DNA of 64,000 nucleotides from a bacterium (GTDB lineage Bacteria; Margulisbacteria; Marinamargulisbacteria; SXXA01): the NCBI GenBank assembly GCA_947465765.1, contig CANIAP010000001.1:98371-162370 (forward strand), written 5' to 3'. Shown piece after piece: positions 1-8,505 of this stretch (position 1 is its first letter; each line of letters opens with the position of its first letter). The position numbers and the translations under genes were made by a program. The notes under the pieces were generated by a model, which was given only the letters and a program-made list of their open reading frames with translations, was not told the DNA's origin and did not search any database.

Positions 1-618
1 GTCCAGCGGTTTGGAAACCACCTCAATTCGGACATGAAGATATTGTTTGCAGGGCTGCCGGAATCGATTCAAACCAAGTTGCTGATGGACCGTGATTCTC
101 ATGGCAACTTGCAAGTCTCACAAATTCCATCGGAAGAATTGTTTATTGAATTGACAGAGAAACGCGTGGCTGAGTTGGATCCCGCGGTAAAGTTTGCGCC
201 GCTGAATCACTTTTTTGGATACGAAGGTCGTTGTGGCGCGCCGACTCGGTTTGATGCGGTGTATACCTATAACTTGGGGTTGGTGGCCGGGGCGCTCGTG
301 GTACGGGGGAAGTCGGGTTATATGGCGGGAGTTTCCGATATTGCCTCTGGTGGGAAAGGGGTTGCGATTCCGTTGAGTGGGTTGATTACCACTGAACGTC
401 GGTCCGGTGGCGATCACATGGTGATTAAAAAAGCCTTGGTGGAAATGGAGTCTCCGGCGTTTAAGTTTTTTGAGTCGCGGCGGGAGGCTTGGGCCAAATC
501 GGATATGTTTTCAAGCCCAGGGCCTCGGCAATTGTGGGGTCCTCTGGGGAATCAGGTGCCGATGACGGTGGCGCTTAATTTGGGCGCGGAATCGTTGGGG
601 TTTTTGATCGGAAGATAG
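1..618 (+). CDS. pfp: Pyrophosphate-dependent phosphofructokinase (long-type PFP), C-terminal part; 5' end lies outside the window
   Basis: Frame 1 is open from base 1 with no upstream stop. The translation (NHFFGYEGRCGAPTRFDAVYTYNLG, VIKKALVEMESPAFKFF, SPGPRQ) matches the conserved C-terminal region of long PPi-PFKs as I remember them. Confidence 0.8.
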   Translation, partial: VQRFGNHLNSDMKILFAGLPESIQTKLLMDRDSHGNLQVSQIPSEELFIELTEKRVAELDPAVKFAPLNHFFGYEGRCGAPTRFDAVYTYNLGLVAGALVVRGKSGYMAGVSDIASGGKGVAIPLSGLITTERRSGGDHMVIKKALVEMESPAFKFFESRREAWAKSDMFSSPGPRQLWGPLGNQVPMTVALNLGAESLGFLIGR

Positions 619-718
619 TTGTTTTGATGCCCTAAGATTCAGCGACTCCCTCCCCATCTAAAATTGGGCTGTTTAAGTGTTCAACTATATGGGAACTCGG
701 CAGGGGGAGGCAGTTGAT

Positions 719-2086
719 ATGCAGTTTTTTCCCTCAATCAAAATTTTATGGGATTTGTTGGGTCCGAAGGGCGGGGTGACACCACGTTCCGTACCTGCGT
801 CTCTTCAAGCGGTTTCGCCAGTTCCCATTTCCAGGCGACCGTCACCAGAGGCGGCGCTTATTCTAGATGCTCATATTCGAAGTCGTGTATCCGTTTCCCA
901 AGGCGGACTTCAACCGGCGTCGTTGTGGCCGCCCAGCGACGGTGAAATTTTTAAAACCTGCCATGGGGGATCCAAGGCCACGGTTGATATTTGCAAAAGC
1001 CCGAGTATGGGTTTATACGTAAAAAAATATGTCAATTCTGAACTAAAACTAAATGGAGTTGAATGGACGTTGGAGCAGGGGCGGTTAGAAAATGATTTAA
1101 AGACGTATCAACAATTGCGTAACATGCCACTCGGAAATACTTTTGGGGAGTTGTATCACGAGACCCGCAGTGGAGACGACGGGCTAGTGCTCTATTTGGA
1201 GTATGCGGGCAGCTCTGTTCTTGCCAACCATGTGATGTCCGATTCTCCCGAACCGTTGGAGACGATGGTTTCGTTTTTTAAGACGGTGGCGGGATCGATT
1301 ACTGAGATTTGCACCGGTGGGGGTGTCAGAGGAGATGAGCTGGAAATTAGAAGACAACTTTTTTTAGGTCGGATCGTCGGTAGGCTACAGCCCACGGTTG
1401 ACGCGTTGGCGCCCATGTCGAATGCGGTTGAGTTTACACAACTCCTCAGCCTGGAGAGTCGTCGATGGGAAATATTGTACGCTCGGCTGGAACCGTTGCT
1501 GATGTCGGGCCCGGTTGCCGCGCTCCCGACGGATACAACCTTCCTCAATATGATTTTGAATCCAGAGACTAAAATAGTGAAATGTATTGATCCCGGAAAA
1601 ATTGACACCACGGCGGCGGCCTATCCATTGAGCAAGATGTTGGTCTTTGGCCCTTATTATAGATTTATAAATGACAAAGAATTTGAATTGGGTGAGGAGG
1701 GGTTTCTCGCGGTTAAGGGGGAAGATGTGACCCGGACCGCGCGTGTTCTTGAATCCTGTCACGGAATTTTAGAACAATTGGATCCGGTTACCGCGTGTCA
1801 GACGGTGGTTGCCGGCTTGATTCAATTTGGTGGGGATCTGGGCTATCGGTATAATAAGGAGGATATACAGTGTGGAAAAACGATGGCCGATTTATCGTTG
1901 TTTTCCCGGGCACTGACTCGATTGGAAAACTTGGTTAACGATACGTTTGAGCGGATAGGGTTGTCGGCGGATAGTAGCGTAAAATTAGAAGATGTGGGGC
2001 GGTTTGCAACTGTATTTATTGGGCGAAGAGGGAACTCTTTAGCTGAAGAGGTAGCGATGATGCTTCCAGTGAAAGAGGGGTTATGA
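719..2086 (+). CDS. Hypothetical protein with protein-kinase-like (APH/choline-kinase type) motif order
   Basis: The track ORF is 677-2086. The ATG at 719 has GGAGG 9 nt upstream, so it is the likelier start. Motifs occur in kinase order: G-rich HGGSKATV, LYVKK, hinge-like LVLYLEYAG, Brenner-like PTDTTFLNMIL (D to N spacing of 5), then IDPG 14 residues later. No signal peptide. The stop overlaps the next start (ATGA). Confidence 0.65.
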   Translation: MQFFPSIKILWDLLGPKGGVTPRSVPASLQAVSPVPISRRPSPEAALILDAHIRSRVSVSQGGLQPASLWPPSDGEIFKTCHGGSKATVDICKSPSMGLYVKKYVNSELKLNGVEWTLEQGRLENDLKTYQQLRNMPLGNTFGELYHETRSGDDGLVLYLEYAGSSVLANHVMSDSPEPLETMVSFFKTVAGSITEICTGGGVRGDELEIRRQLFLGRIVGRLQPTVDALAPMSNAVEFTQLLSLESRRWEILYARLEPLLMSGPVAALPTDTTFLNMILNPETKIVKCIDPGKIDTTAAAYPLSKMLVFGPYYRFINDKEFELGEEGFLAVKGEDVTRTARVLESCHGILEQLDPVTACQTVVAGLIQFGGDLGYRYNKEDIQCGKTMADLSLFSRALTRLENLVNDTFERIGLSADSSVKLEDVGRFATVFIGRRGNSLAEEVAMMLPVKEGL

Positions 2087-2802
2087 CTAATTTGGCTATG
2101 GCAAAAATAATTAAATTGGATATTTCAGATCGGCGAATGGATGACGTTCCTGTCTTTGGAAATCCGATCCAACAACTGATTATGGTAAGGGCGTCGGGCA
2201 ATCTAAAAGCGGTATTAGATCAAGTGTCTCGTGATGTGAGCGCGCTGCAGCGTGTGAATGTGTCGGCGTGTTCGCTTGGCACTCTGAACTTAGACAGCCT
2301 GTGCTCGGTGATTAAAACTATCTATTCATTTGAAGCCGCAAATATGAGTGGGGTCGATGCCGGTTCGATGACGGCGATCCTTCACATTTTGTCCGAAAAA
2401 TGTCGAGATATTGACCTCGGTGGGATTTTTTTGAAAGATCGAGACCATGGTTTCTTCTCAATTTTCTCTAAATTTAAATCTCTTGAAACTCTGTCTCTGG
2501 CGTTCTGGTCTGGGTTAACGAGTGACGAATTGATCCATTTGCCAAAATCCATCAAAGAGTTGAATTTGGCAGGTGCGACAGTCGATTCGTTTTCGTTTTT
2601 GAAGGGTCTAAATGCCCTTGTGCATTTAGACTTAGACAGCCCTATCCTCCTGAGCTCCGGTACCCAGGACTCCCTGGTTGAGGCACTTTCTGGGCGTCAC
2701 GGGCTTCGGATTAGGGTTAATATGACCCGACTTCCGTTGGAGAGAGCCTTGTCAGCGATGTGTATGGATCGATTGGCCGAACATGGGATCGAATTTTATT
2801 AG
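2083..2802 (+). CDS. Leucine-rich-repeat (RNI-like LRR) protein
   Basis: The ATG overlaps the upstream stop by 4 nt. The C-terminal half shows consecutive LxxLxL-type repeats (LETLSLAFWSGLTSDELIHLPKSIKELNLAGATVDSFSFLKGLNALVHLDLDS). No signal peptide. Confidence 0.7.
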   Translation: MTNLAMAKIIKLDISDRRMDDVPVFGNPIQQLIMVRASGNLKAVLDQVSRDVSALQRVNVSACSLGTLNLDSLCSVIKTIYSFEAANMSGVDAGSMTAILHILSEKCRDIDLGGIFLKDRDHGFFSIFSKFKSLETLSLAFWSGLTSDELIHLPKSIKELNLAGATVDSFSFLKGLNALVHLDLDSPILLSSGTQDSLVEALSGRHGLRIRVNMTRLPLERALSAMCMDRLAEHGIEFY

Positions 2803-2999
2803 ACTGATTTAATGGGCCCATGCATCCGGTGGGTCCGGTTTATACTGACTTTGAACCAGATTTACAACGCCATTGCTAATCATAATAAACCCGATCAACA
2901 TAAAAATATTGGGCTCGGTGTCGATGCTGCTAACAACCAAGCTGGATTTTACCTACACCAAACAGGACACTGTTGCGTTAGTACCGGTAGGTTGGAGAG

Positions 3000-3668
3000 T
3001 TAACTTTTTCGAGCGACAACCTCAATCTGATATTCTCGATCCCCAGAATAGGGATGTTTAGGATACTCAATTTTATCGCTCAAGACCTTCGCATACTCAA
3101 TTTTAAAATGAGGGAGATATTTTTCCATCATCGGCACCACACCCACGGTGTCCGGCGCTTCATCACGATCCAGCAAGAAAAAATGTTTATGATCTGGGTT
3201 ATTCATGGAGGGCAAGGTTAATTTTTTTTCAAATAAATCACGCTCCGGAACCGCAAAAATAAGATATCCACCTGGCTTAAGGACCCGAGCCCAGTTTTTT
3301 AAAGTTTCTTGTAAATCCACCATATGCTCTAACACATGCGACGCATACACAAAATCAAAATAGCCATCTTGCACATAAGCTAAATATTGCGCATCGCCTT
3401 GATCCATTTCCCAGCCGCTACAAGTTGGGGTCAACAAATCTCCCCCATACCCGATATCCAGCCCCCGCCCCTGACAGTATTTCTGAAAAAAACCTTCCGA
3501 TATTCGACGGTTTTTTGACTTGCTGGTTTCTCCTCTTTTTTGAAGACTGAAAATCTTTCCCATTTCAGCATAAAGAGATTTTGGGAAGATCAAAAACCCA
3601 TATATCAAAATTCCCCAAATCAAGAACGTAAGCGCATAGTGTATATACATCATGTTAGAAACGGTCAC
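3000..3668 (-). CDS. Class I SAM-dependent methyltransferase with N-terminal transmembrane helix
   Basis: Motif I-like GLDIGYGG, then FDFVYASHVLEHM and LKPGGYLIFAVP. Hydrophobic N-terminus (LTFLIWGILIYGFLIF). Confidence 0.75.
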   Translation of the reverse strand: MTVSNMMYIHYALTFLIWGILIYGFLIFPKSLYAEMGKIFSLQKRGETSKSKNRRISEGFFQKYCQGRGLDIGYGGDLLTPTCSGWEMDQGDAQYLAYVQDGYFDFVYASHVLEHMVDLQETLKNWARVLKPGGYLIFAVPERDLFEKKLTLPSMNNPDHKHFFLLDRDEAPDTVGVVPMMEKYLPHFKIEYAKVLSDKIEYPKHPYSGDREYQIEVVARKS

Positions 3669-3931
3669 AGAATACCCCTTTTTGAGTCAAAAAAATGCAC
3701 ATAACCAATAATTTTCAATAAATAAACACAATACCCCAAGGGAACCCCGGCTGCCAAACCCAAAGGTGGGAACAACGGCCTGACCCACCCCTTAAAAATC
3801 ATAAAGATCACTCCTTTTCGAAGCAAAAAAAGTCAGGGTAGTTTGTCGAGTTTGTTTTTGAGTCTGTAGCTGTGGCCGGAGACGAAAAAGATATGGGCAT
3901 GATGAACGAGGCATTCGACAATCGCGGATCT

Positions 3932-5368
3932 TTAACTGGCCCATCCCTTGGATCGATTGACGGCGTCCGCCCATCGTGAGATTGGGGTTCCTAAATGGGG
4001 GGCTGGGTTAAAGATATGCTCGATTTTTCGAATCTGTGGCAGGATGGCGGGTGGCCAAATTTGAGCGCCGAGTCCCGCCATCATGGCGACCCCGAGGGCG
4101 GTGGTTTCGGTAACGGTGGGTCGTTCCACTGGAATGCCGAGAATATTGGCTTGAATTTGCATCAGTAAATTATTTTGACAGGCCCCTCCGTCCACCCGAA
4201 GTTGGGATGCAGAGGATGGAGTGCCGGTGAGCACTTGGATAATGTCGAGGCTTTGAAATGCAATGGCTTCCAATGCCGCGTAAGCAATATTGGATTTTGA
4301 AGTCCGTCGGGTAATCCCAATGATCATTCCCCGTGCATCTGCATCCCAGTGGGGCGCACCGAGTCCCACAAATGCAGGGACGATCACGACGCCATCGGCG
4401 GTTCCCGATTCACTGGCAAGGGCTTCAATGTCCGCTGATTCTTTAATAATGCCCAACCCATCCCTCAGCCACTGAATTAACGATCCCCCAATAAAAACGC
4501 TCCCTTCCTTTGCGTACCGAATGTCGTTGTCGATTTGCCATGCCACCGTCGTCAGGATGTTGGGAGTAATCGGGGTCGCATTCGGGCAAACGGTCATCGC
4601 AAATAGCCCTGTGCCGTACGTGTTTTTGACCACACCCGATTCCCAGCCTGCTTGGCCGAATAAACTAGCCTGTTGGTCCCCTAAAATCCCGGTGATCGGA
4701 ATGCCGGTGTCGGCGGTGATTCCAAATATACTATTGCTGGGCCGAACTTCCGGAAGCATCGTGGTTGGAATCTGAAACAAGTCCAGCAATTCAGCGTCGA
4801 AGTCACGGGTGTGAATATTCCATAACATGGTGCGGGACGCGTTGCTCGGATCCGTGGCGTGGACAGTTCCCCCCGTTAAACGGTCTAGGATCCACGTATC
4901 AATGGTCCCGAATTTGAGGGCCTGGCGATCGGTGCCGGGTGGGAGATGGTTTAAAATCCATTCAATTTTGGTGGCGGAAAAATAAGCATCCAGAACCAGT
5001 CCCGTTTTTTTCTGAATCCATTCTCGATGGTCCGCGAGTGCGGTGCACCGATCCGCCGTACGCCGACATTGCCAGACAATCGCGTTATAGACCGGAAGTC
5101 CAGTATTGCGGTCCCAGACCACGGTAGTTTCACGTTGATTGGTGATTCCAATCGCCGCAATATTGTCCCGTCCCACATCAGCGATGGTGTGGCCCAATAC
5201 CGTTTGGACACCGGCCCATATTTCCATCGGATTGTGCTCAACCCAAGCCGCTTTGGGATAAATTTGGGTAAATTCTTGGTAATGCCGGCAAACGATTTTA
5301 CCGGTTGAATCGAATGCAATGGCCCGATTTCCAGTGGTGCCAAGATCCAGGGCGACAACGATATTCAC
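3932..5368 (-). CDS. glpK: Glycerol kinase
   Basis: N-terminus ALDLGTTGNRAIAFD...EFTQIYPKAAWVEHNPMEIW and a FGGY-family C-terminal region. Length 478 aa. Start overlaps the folB stop by 4 nt. Confidence 0.95.
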   Translation of the reverse strand: MNIVVALDLGTTGNRAIAFDSTGKIVCRHYQEFTQIYPKAAWVEHNPMEIWAGVQTVLGHTIADVGRDNIAAIGITNQRETTVVWDRNTGLPVYNAIVWQCRRTADRCTALADHREWIQKKTGLVLDAYFSATKIEWILNHLPPGTDRQALKFGTIDTWILDRLTGGTVHATDPSNASRTMLWNIHTRDFDAELLDLFQIPTTMLPEVRPSNSIFGITADTGIPITGILGDQQASLFGQAGWESGVVKNTYGTGLFAMTVCPNATPITPNILTTVAWQIDNDIRYAKEGSVFIGGSLIQWLRDGLGIIKESADIEALASESGTADGVVIVPAFVGLGAPHWDADARGMIIGITRRTSKSNIAYAALEAIAFQSLDIIQVLTGTPSSASQLRVDGGACQNNLLMQIQANILGIPVERPTVTETTALGVAMMAGLGAQIWPPAILPQIRKIEHIFNPAPHLGTPISRWADAVNRSKGWAS

Positions 5369-5715
5369 CGAGGTAAACTCATTTCAACGGATACCCCCTC
5401 GGCGCTGGGAACACACCCTATTTTTGTGAGCTTTAACTTCAGTTTTTGAAACGGAAATAGGCTATTTAAATGGACGAGAATTCCTCGGCCCAAGGCTTCT
5501 AATAGTTGAAAGTGGGAGCCACTCGCGAATTCTCTGATGGCCAATGCCACCGCTGCGTAATCGACTGTGCCACCGATTTGATCGGTAGTTTCGGCGATTT
5601 CTGTGTCGGTCCAATAGTCCAAATCAACGGTGATACATTGGGGAGCCGTTCGTTCAAACGCATATTGGCCGATGGTAGTCGCGATTTGCAGGGAATGAAT
5701 GGATATTTTCGTCAT
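5365..5715 (-). CDS. folB: Dihydroneopterin aldolase
   Basis: 116 aa. Typical FolB-like N-terminus (IHSLQIATTIGQYAFERTAPQCITVDLDY) and VDYAAV motif. Sits directly after folE and the PTPS gene. Confidence 0.8.
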   Translation of the reverse strand: MTKISIHSLQIATTIGQYAFERTAPQCITVDLDYWTDTEIAETTDQIGGTVDYAAVALAIREFASGSHFQLLEALGRGILVHLNSLFPFQKLKLKLTKIGCVPSAEGVSVEMSLPR

Positions 5716-6608
5716 TGGGAGCTCCTTAATGAAAATCGATTATTGGGGGTTTCGTGGAGTCTGAGCCGGACCAGTGGTGCGGTAACGGCTAATTTATCCC
5801 ACAGTATTCGGATGATGGTTTCGACACTCACCAATTGACCCTTAAACTCTTCCAATTCGTTCAGGTCACCATAGTTCCACGGGCCGAGTACTGTGTTGAG
5901 ATGCGCGTTTGCTGCGTCCAGTGTCATTGTTCTGTGATCGAATGTGGCCCATACCTCAAACATATGACCGTGGGGCCGGACACATTTCCCAAAACACCGA
6001 CGATTTTCGTCAATCGATAGGGTCGGGCTCATCAGACGATGGGTGGCCGAGAACGGCGAATGCACTTCAATAAATGATCGTCCGTCTTGTCGCGTTTCGA
6101 TTGTTCCAGTGTCATGATGATCTCGGCGAATGATCCCGGGGAAGGGCGCCACTCCGTCTCGATAGGCGGTGGCGGAATTCGTCGGGGTTTCAATGAGATG
6201 TACCGATATCGGTGTGTATGGGGTGGTTGAAAATAGCCCGATTGCATCCGACAGTAATGCCACTGCAATCGCTTCAACGGTGGGAATAGTTTCCCGAAAC
6301 TGAGGGGTGTCATTCAGATAAAAATGATCATAATGAATAAGGAGTTCGGCATTGATTTTTTCTTTGATAATGGAGAGTTCCACCACCATTCCTGTGACCG
6401 GATCGACCGGACCTTCGAAAGAAAAAAAGACCACAAAGTTATGCCCATGCCCATAGGTCCCCCGGGAATCGTTGCCATATACGGCAACGTTTTTTTCGAG
6501 AGACCATTGGGGGTTATACAGTCGGTGGGAGGCCGAGAATTCGAATCGTTTACTAACCGCGAGACGTCGCACGAACGGAGTTCCAGAATTGATCTTGAAG
6601 CGGGGCAT
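5712..6608 (-). CDS. Tandem (two-domain) 6-pyruvoyl-tetrahydropterin synthase / QueD-family protein
   Basis: Two PTPS folds in one ORF. Domain 1: FEFSASHRL...[15 protein letters not shown]...DPVTGMV, with no Cys in the active-site loop. Domain 2: FSATHRL...[14 protein letters not shown], with CxxxHGH. The start is uncertain: ATG at 6608, GTG at 6572, or the track start at 6632. All overlap the folE 3' end. Confidence 0.8.
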   Translation of the reverse strand: MPRFKINSGTPFVRRLAVSKRFEFSASHRLYNPQWSLEKNVAVYGNDSRGTYGHGHNFVVFFSFEGPVDPVTGMVVELSIIKEKINAELLIHYDHFYLNDTPQFRETIPTVEAIAVALLSDAIGLFSTTPYTPISVHLIETPTNSATAYRDGVAPFPGIIRRDHHDTGTIETRQDGRSFIEVHSPFSATHRLMSPTLSIDENRRCFGKCVRPHGHMFEVWATFDHRTMTLDAANAHLNTVLGPWNYGDLNELEEFKGQLVSVETIIRILWDKLAVTAPLVRLRLHETPNNRFSLRSSQ

Positions 6609-7122
6609 TGTCGAAGAATTTCCCCGACGCAAACGTGGTAATCATTTCTCCGTCGCTTTTGACCCCACGGGCCCTCATGCAGGAGTGTTTCGCGGATATG
6701 GCCACAAATACACCGAGGGCGGACGATGATGTCAAAATCGCGTCGGCAATTTGTTCAGTCAATTGTTCCTGGATTTGGAGTCGACGGGCATACATCTCAA
6801 CCATTCTTGGTATTTTGGATAGGCCCAAGACATTTTCGTTGGGTATATATCCAATATGGACCAGTCCTTCAAAGGGCATGAGATGGTGCTCGCAAGTCGA
6901 GAAAAACTGAATGTTGGCGACGGTGACCATGCCTTGTGACGAGGTTTTGAATAAGACATTACCCACCACATCTTCTGGGGTCATGTTCGTACCTTCAGTC
7001 GCTTCGAGTAACGCATTAGCGGCCCGTATCGGCGTGGATTGCAATCCATCACGCTCTGGATCTTCCCCTAATAATTTGAGGATTTCGAGGTAATGGGCTG
7101 CAATTTTTTCGGCGATGGTCAT
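6553..7122 (-). CDS. folE: GTP cyclohydrolase I
   Basis: [46 protein letters not shown] and HSCMRARGV are hallmark FolE motifs. 189 aa. Confidence 0.95.
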   Translation of the reverse strand: MTIAEKIAAHYLEILKLLGEDPERDGLQSTPIRAANALLEATEGTNMTPEDVVGNVLFKTSSQGMVTVANIQFFSTCEHHLMPFEGLVHIGYIPNENVLGLSKIPRMVEMYARRLQIQEQLTEQIADAILTSSSALGVFVAISAKHSCMRARGVKSDGEMITTFASGKFFDNAPLQDQFWNSVRATSRG

Positions 7123-7574
7123 CCCAATTTTTCCAATACCGCGTCAACGTGTCCCTCGACTTTGACGTTGTTCCATAACGAATGAACGAGCCCGTTGGGA
7201 TCGATCAATACGGTGGATCGGACAATTCCCATATATTTTTTTCCGTAGTTACTTTTTTCTTGCCATGCGCCGTAGGCGTCAATCATTGCGTTGTCCGGGT
7301 CGCTCAGTAGCGTCACGGTCAAATTGTATTTCTGACAAAATGTGTGGTGAGACGCTTGAGAGTCTTTGGATACGCCTAAAATGACGGCGTTTTTGGCGGT
7401 AAATTCGGACTTTTTTTCCGTAAATCCAATCCCTTCACTGGTGCATCCAGGAGTATCATCTTTGGGATAAAAATAAACAACGACCCATTGACCTTTAAAT
7501 TGAGTCAAGGAGACGGAGGTTCCGGTTTGATCGGGGAGGCTAAAGTCAGGGGCGGGGGATCCGATAGATACCAT
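7119..7574 (-). CDS. bcp: Peroxiredoxin, Bcp type
   Basis: [11 protein letters not shown]...[16 protein letters not shown] motif. The ATG at 7574 has AAAGGA upstream and gives ~151 aa. The track start at 7619 would overlap doxX. Confidence 0.9.
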   Translation of the reverse strand: MVSIGSPAPDFSLPDQTGTSVSLTQFKGQWVVVYFYPKDDTPGCTSEGIGFTEKKSEFTAKNAVILGVSKDSQASHHTFCQKYNLTVTLLSDPDNAMIDAYGAWQEKSNYGKKYMGIVRSTVLIDPNGLVHSLWNNVKVEGHVDAVLEKLG

Positions 7575-7587
7575 GGGGGTGTCCTTT

Positions 7588-8022
7588 TTAACGTGGGGTT
7601 CGGCGGAGTAGATAGTCAATGCTGGCTTTTCCAGGGCCTGAAAATATCACCACTGAGAGCATGACGATATAGTCCCATTCCCGCAAAACAAAGAACTCTG
7701 AAATCGAGCCAATGTGGGTAAATTGGGCGGTAATGATGGCCACGAGCATGATAATGGTCAACGGAATCGCCGCAATTCGGGTTAAAAATCCGAGAAGAAC
7801 AAATGTTCCCGCGAGGAGTTCGGTTGAGGACGTAAAGAGGGCGTTTAGGTAGGGAAACGGAATTCCGATTTCCATAAAAAATTGGGTGGCGTCACTGAGG
7901 TGGGTCAGTTTTCCAAATCCCGATTGAATGAAAATGACTCCGATTGTGAGGCGGGTCAATAATAACGGAACCGACACATACCGTCCGATCCAGGAGACTA
8001 ATTGGTCATATATAGTGATCAC
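7588..8022 (-). CDS. DoxX-family integral membrane protein
   Basis: 144 aa with four hydrophobic segments. RLTIGVIFIQSGFGKL is typical of DoxX. Confidence 0.8.
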   Translation of the reverse strand: MITIYDQLVSWIGRYVSVPLLLTRLTIGVIFIQSGFGKLTHLSDATQFFMEIGIPFPYLNALFTSSTELLAGTFVLLGFLTRIAAIPLTIIMLVAIITAQFTHIGSISEFFVLREWDYIVMLSVVIFSGPGKASIDYLLRRTPR

Positions 8023-8039
8023 TCGAAATTGCCGCTTTA

Positions 8040-8273
8040 CTAGTTGCGTGGGGTGCAGTGGTTTTCGCCTTTGGCACCTTTAGCTTTCACTTTGCAGCAT
8101 TCTTTCTCGTTGCATGCGTGTTTCTCTTTTTTTGCGGCGGTTTTAGCTTCGGTTTTAGCTTCGGTTTTAAGCGCTGCTTTTGAAGCGGTAGTTTGTGCGA
8201 ATACGGGTGCTGAGGCAACGGACACTGCGATAACTCCTGCGATTGCGGCCATTACGAATTTTGTCTTGTTCAT
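8040..8273 (-). CDS. Small secreted Lys/Ala-rich protein with a C-terminal Cys/His cluster
   Basis: AAAGGAGAA Shine-Dalgarno upstream. Signal peptide MNKTKFVMAAIAGVIAVSVASAPVFA/Q. Mature part contains TEAKTEAKTAAKK and HACNEKECCKVKAKGAKGENHC. Confidence 0.6.
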   Translation of the reverse strand: MNKTKFVMAAIAGVIAVSVASAPVFAQTTASKAALKTEAKTEAKTAAKKEKHACNEKECCKVKAKGAKGENHCTPRN

Positions 8274-8505
8274 GAAATAGATTTCTCCTTTAATTCGGGG
8301 TCAATTTTTTGGGCTTGAACTCGATTATAGCCAATGAGTCTTTAAAAAGGAACGCGGTACTTACTAGAGAGATTGGGTCGCAGCATTGATATACACACGG
8401 GGGTCTTTTGGTGTAAACTGAGTCCTTTTTTTGTTGGTATTTGATGTGCAAACTTTTCCCTCGCTCCAAAATGATAAACTAATAAACCAAAATACAGGAT
8501 TAAGA

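Noticed and set aside
2803-2999. Short ORFs 2812-3003 and 2873-3061 in the convergent spacer between the LRR gene and the methyltransferase
   Set aside because: They overlap each other and the methyltransferase 3' end, lack ribosome-binding sites, and translate to low-complexity sequence.
8044-8280. 78-aa plus-strand ORF mirroring the small secreted protein gene
   Set aside because: It is the antisense reading of an Ala/Lys-rich gene. The minus-strand ORF has a strong Shine-Dalgarno and a signal peptide, and the plus-strand one has neither.
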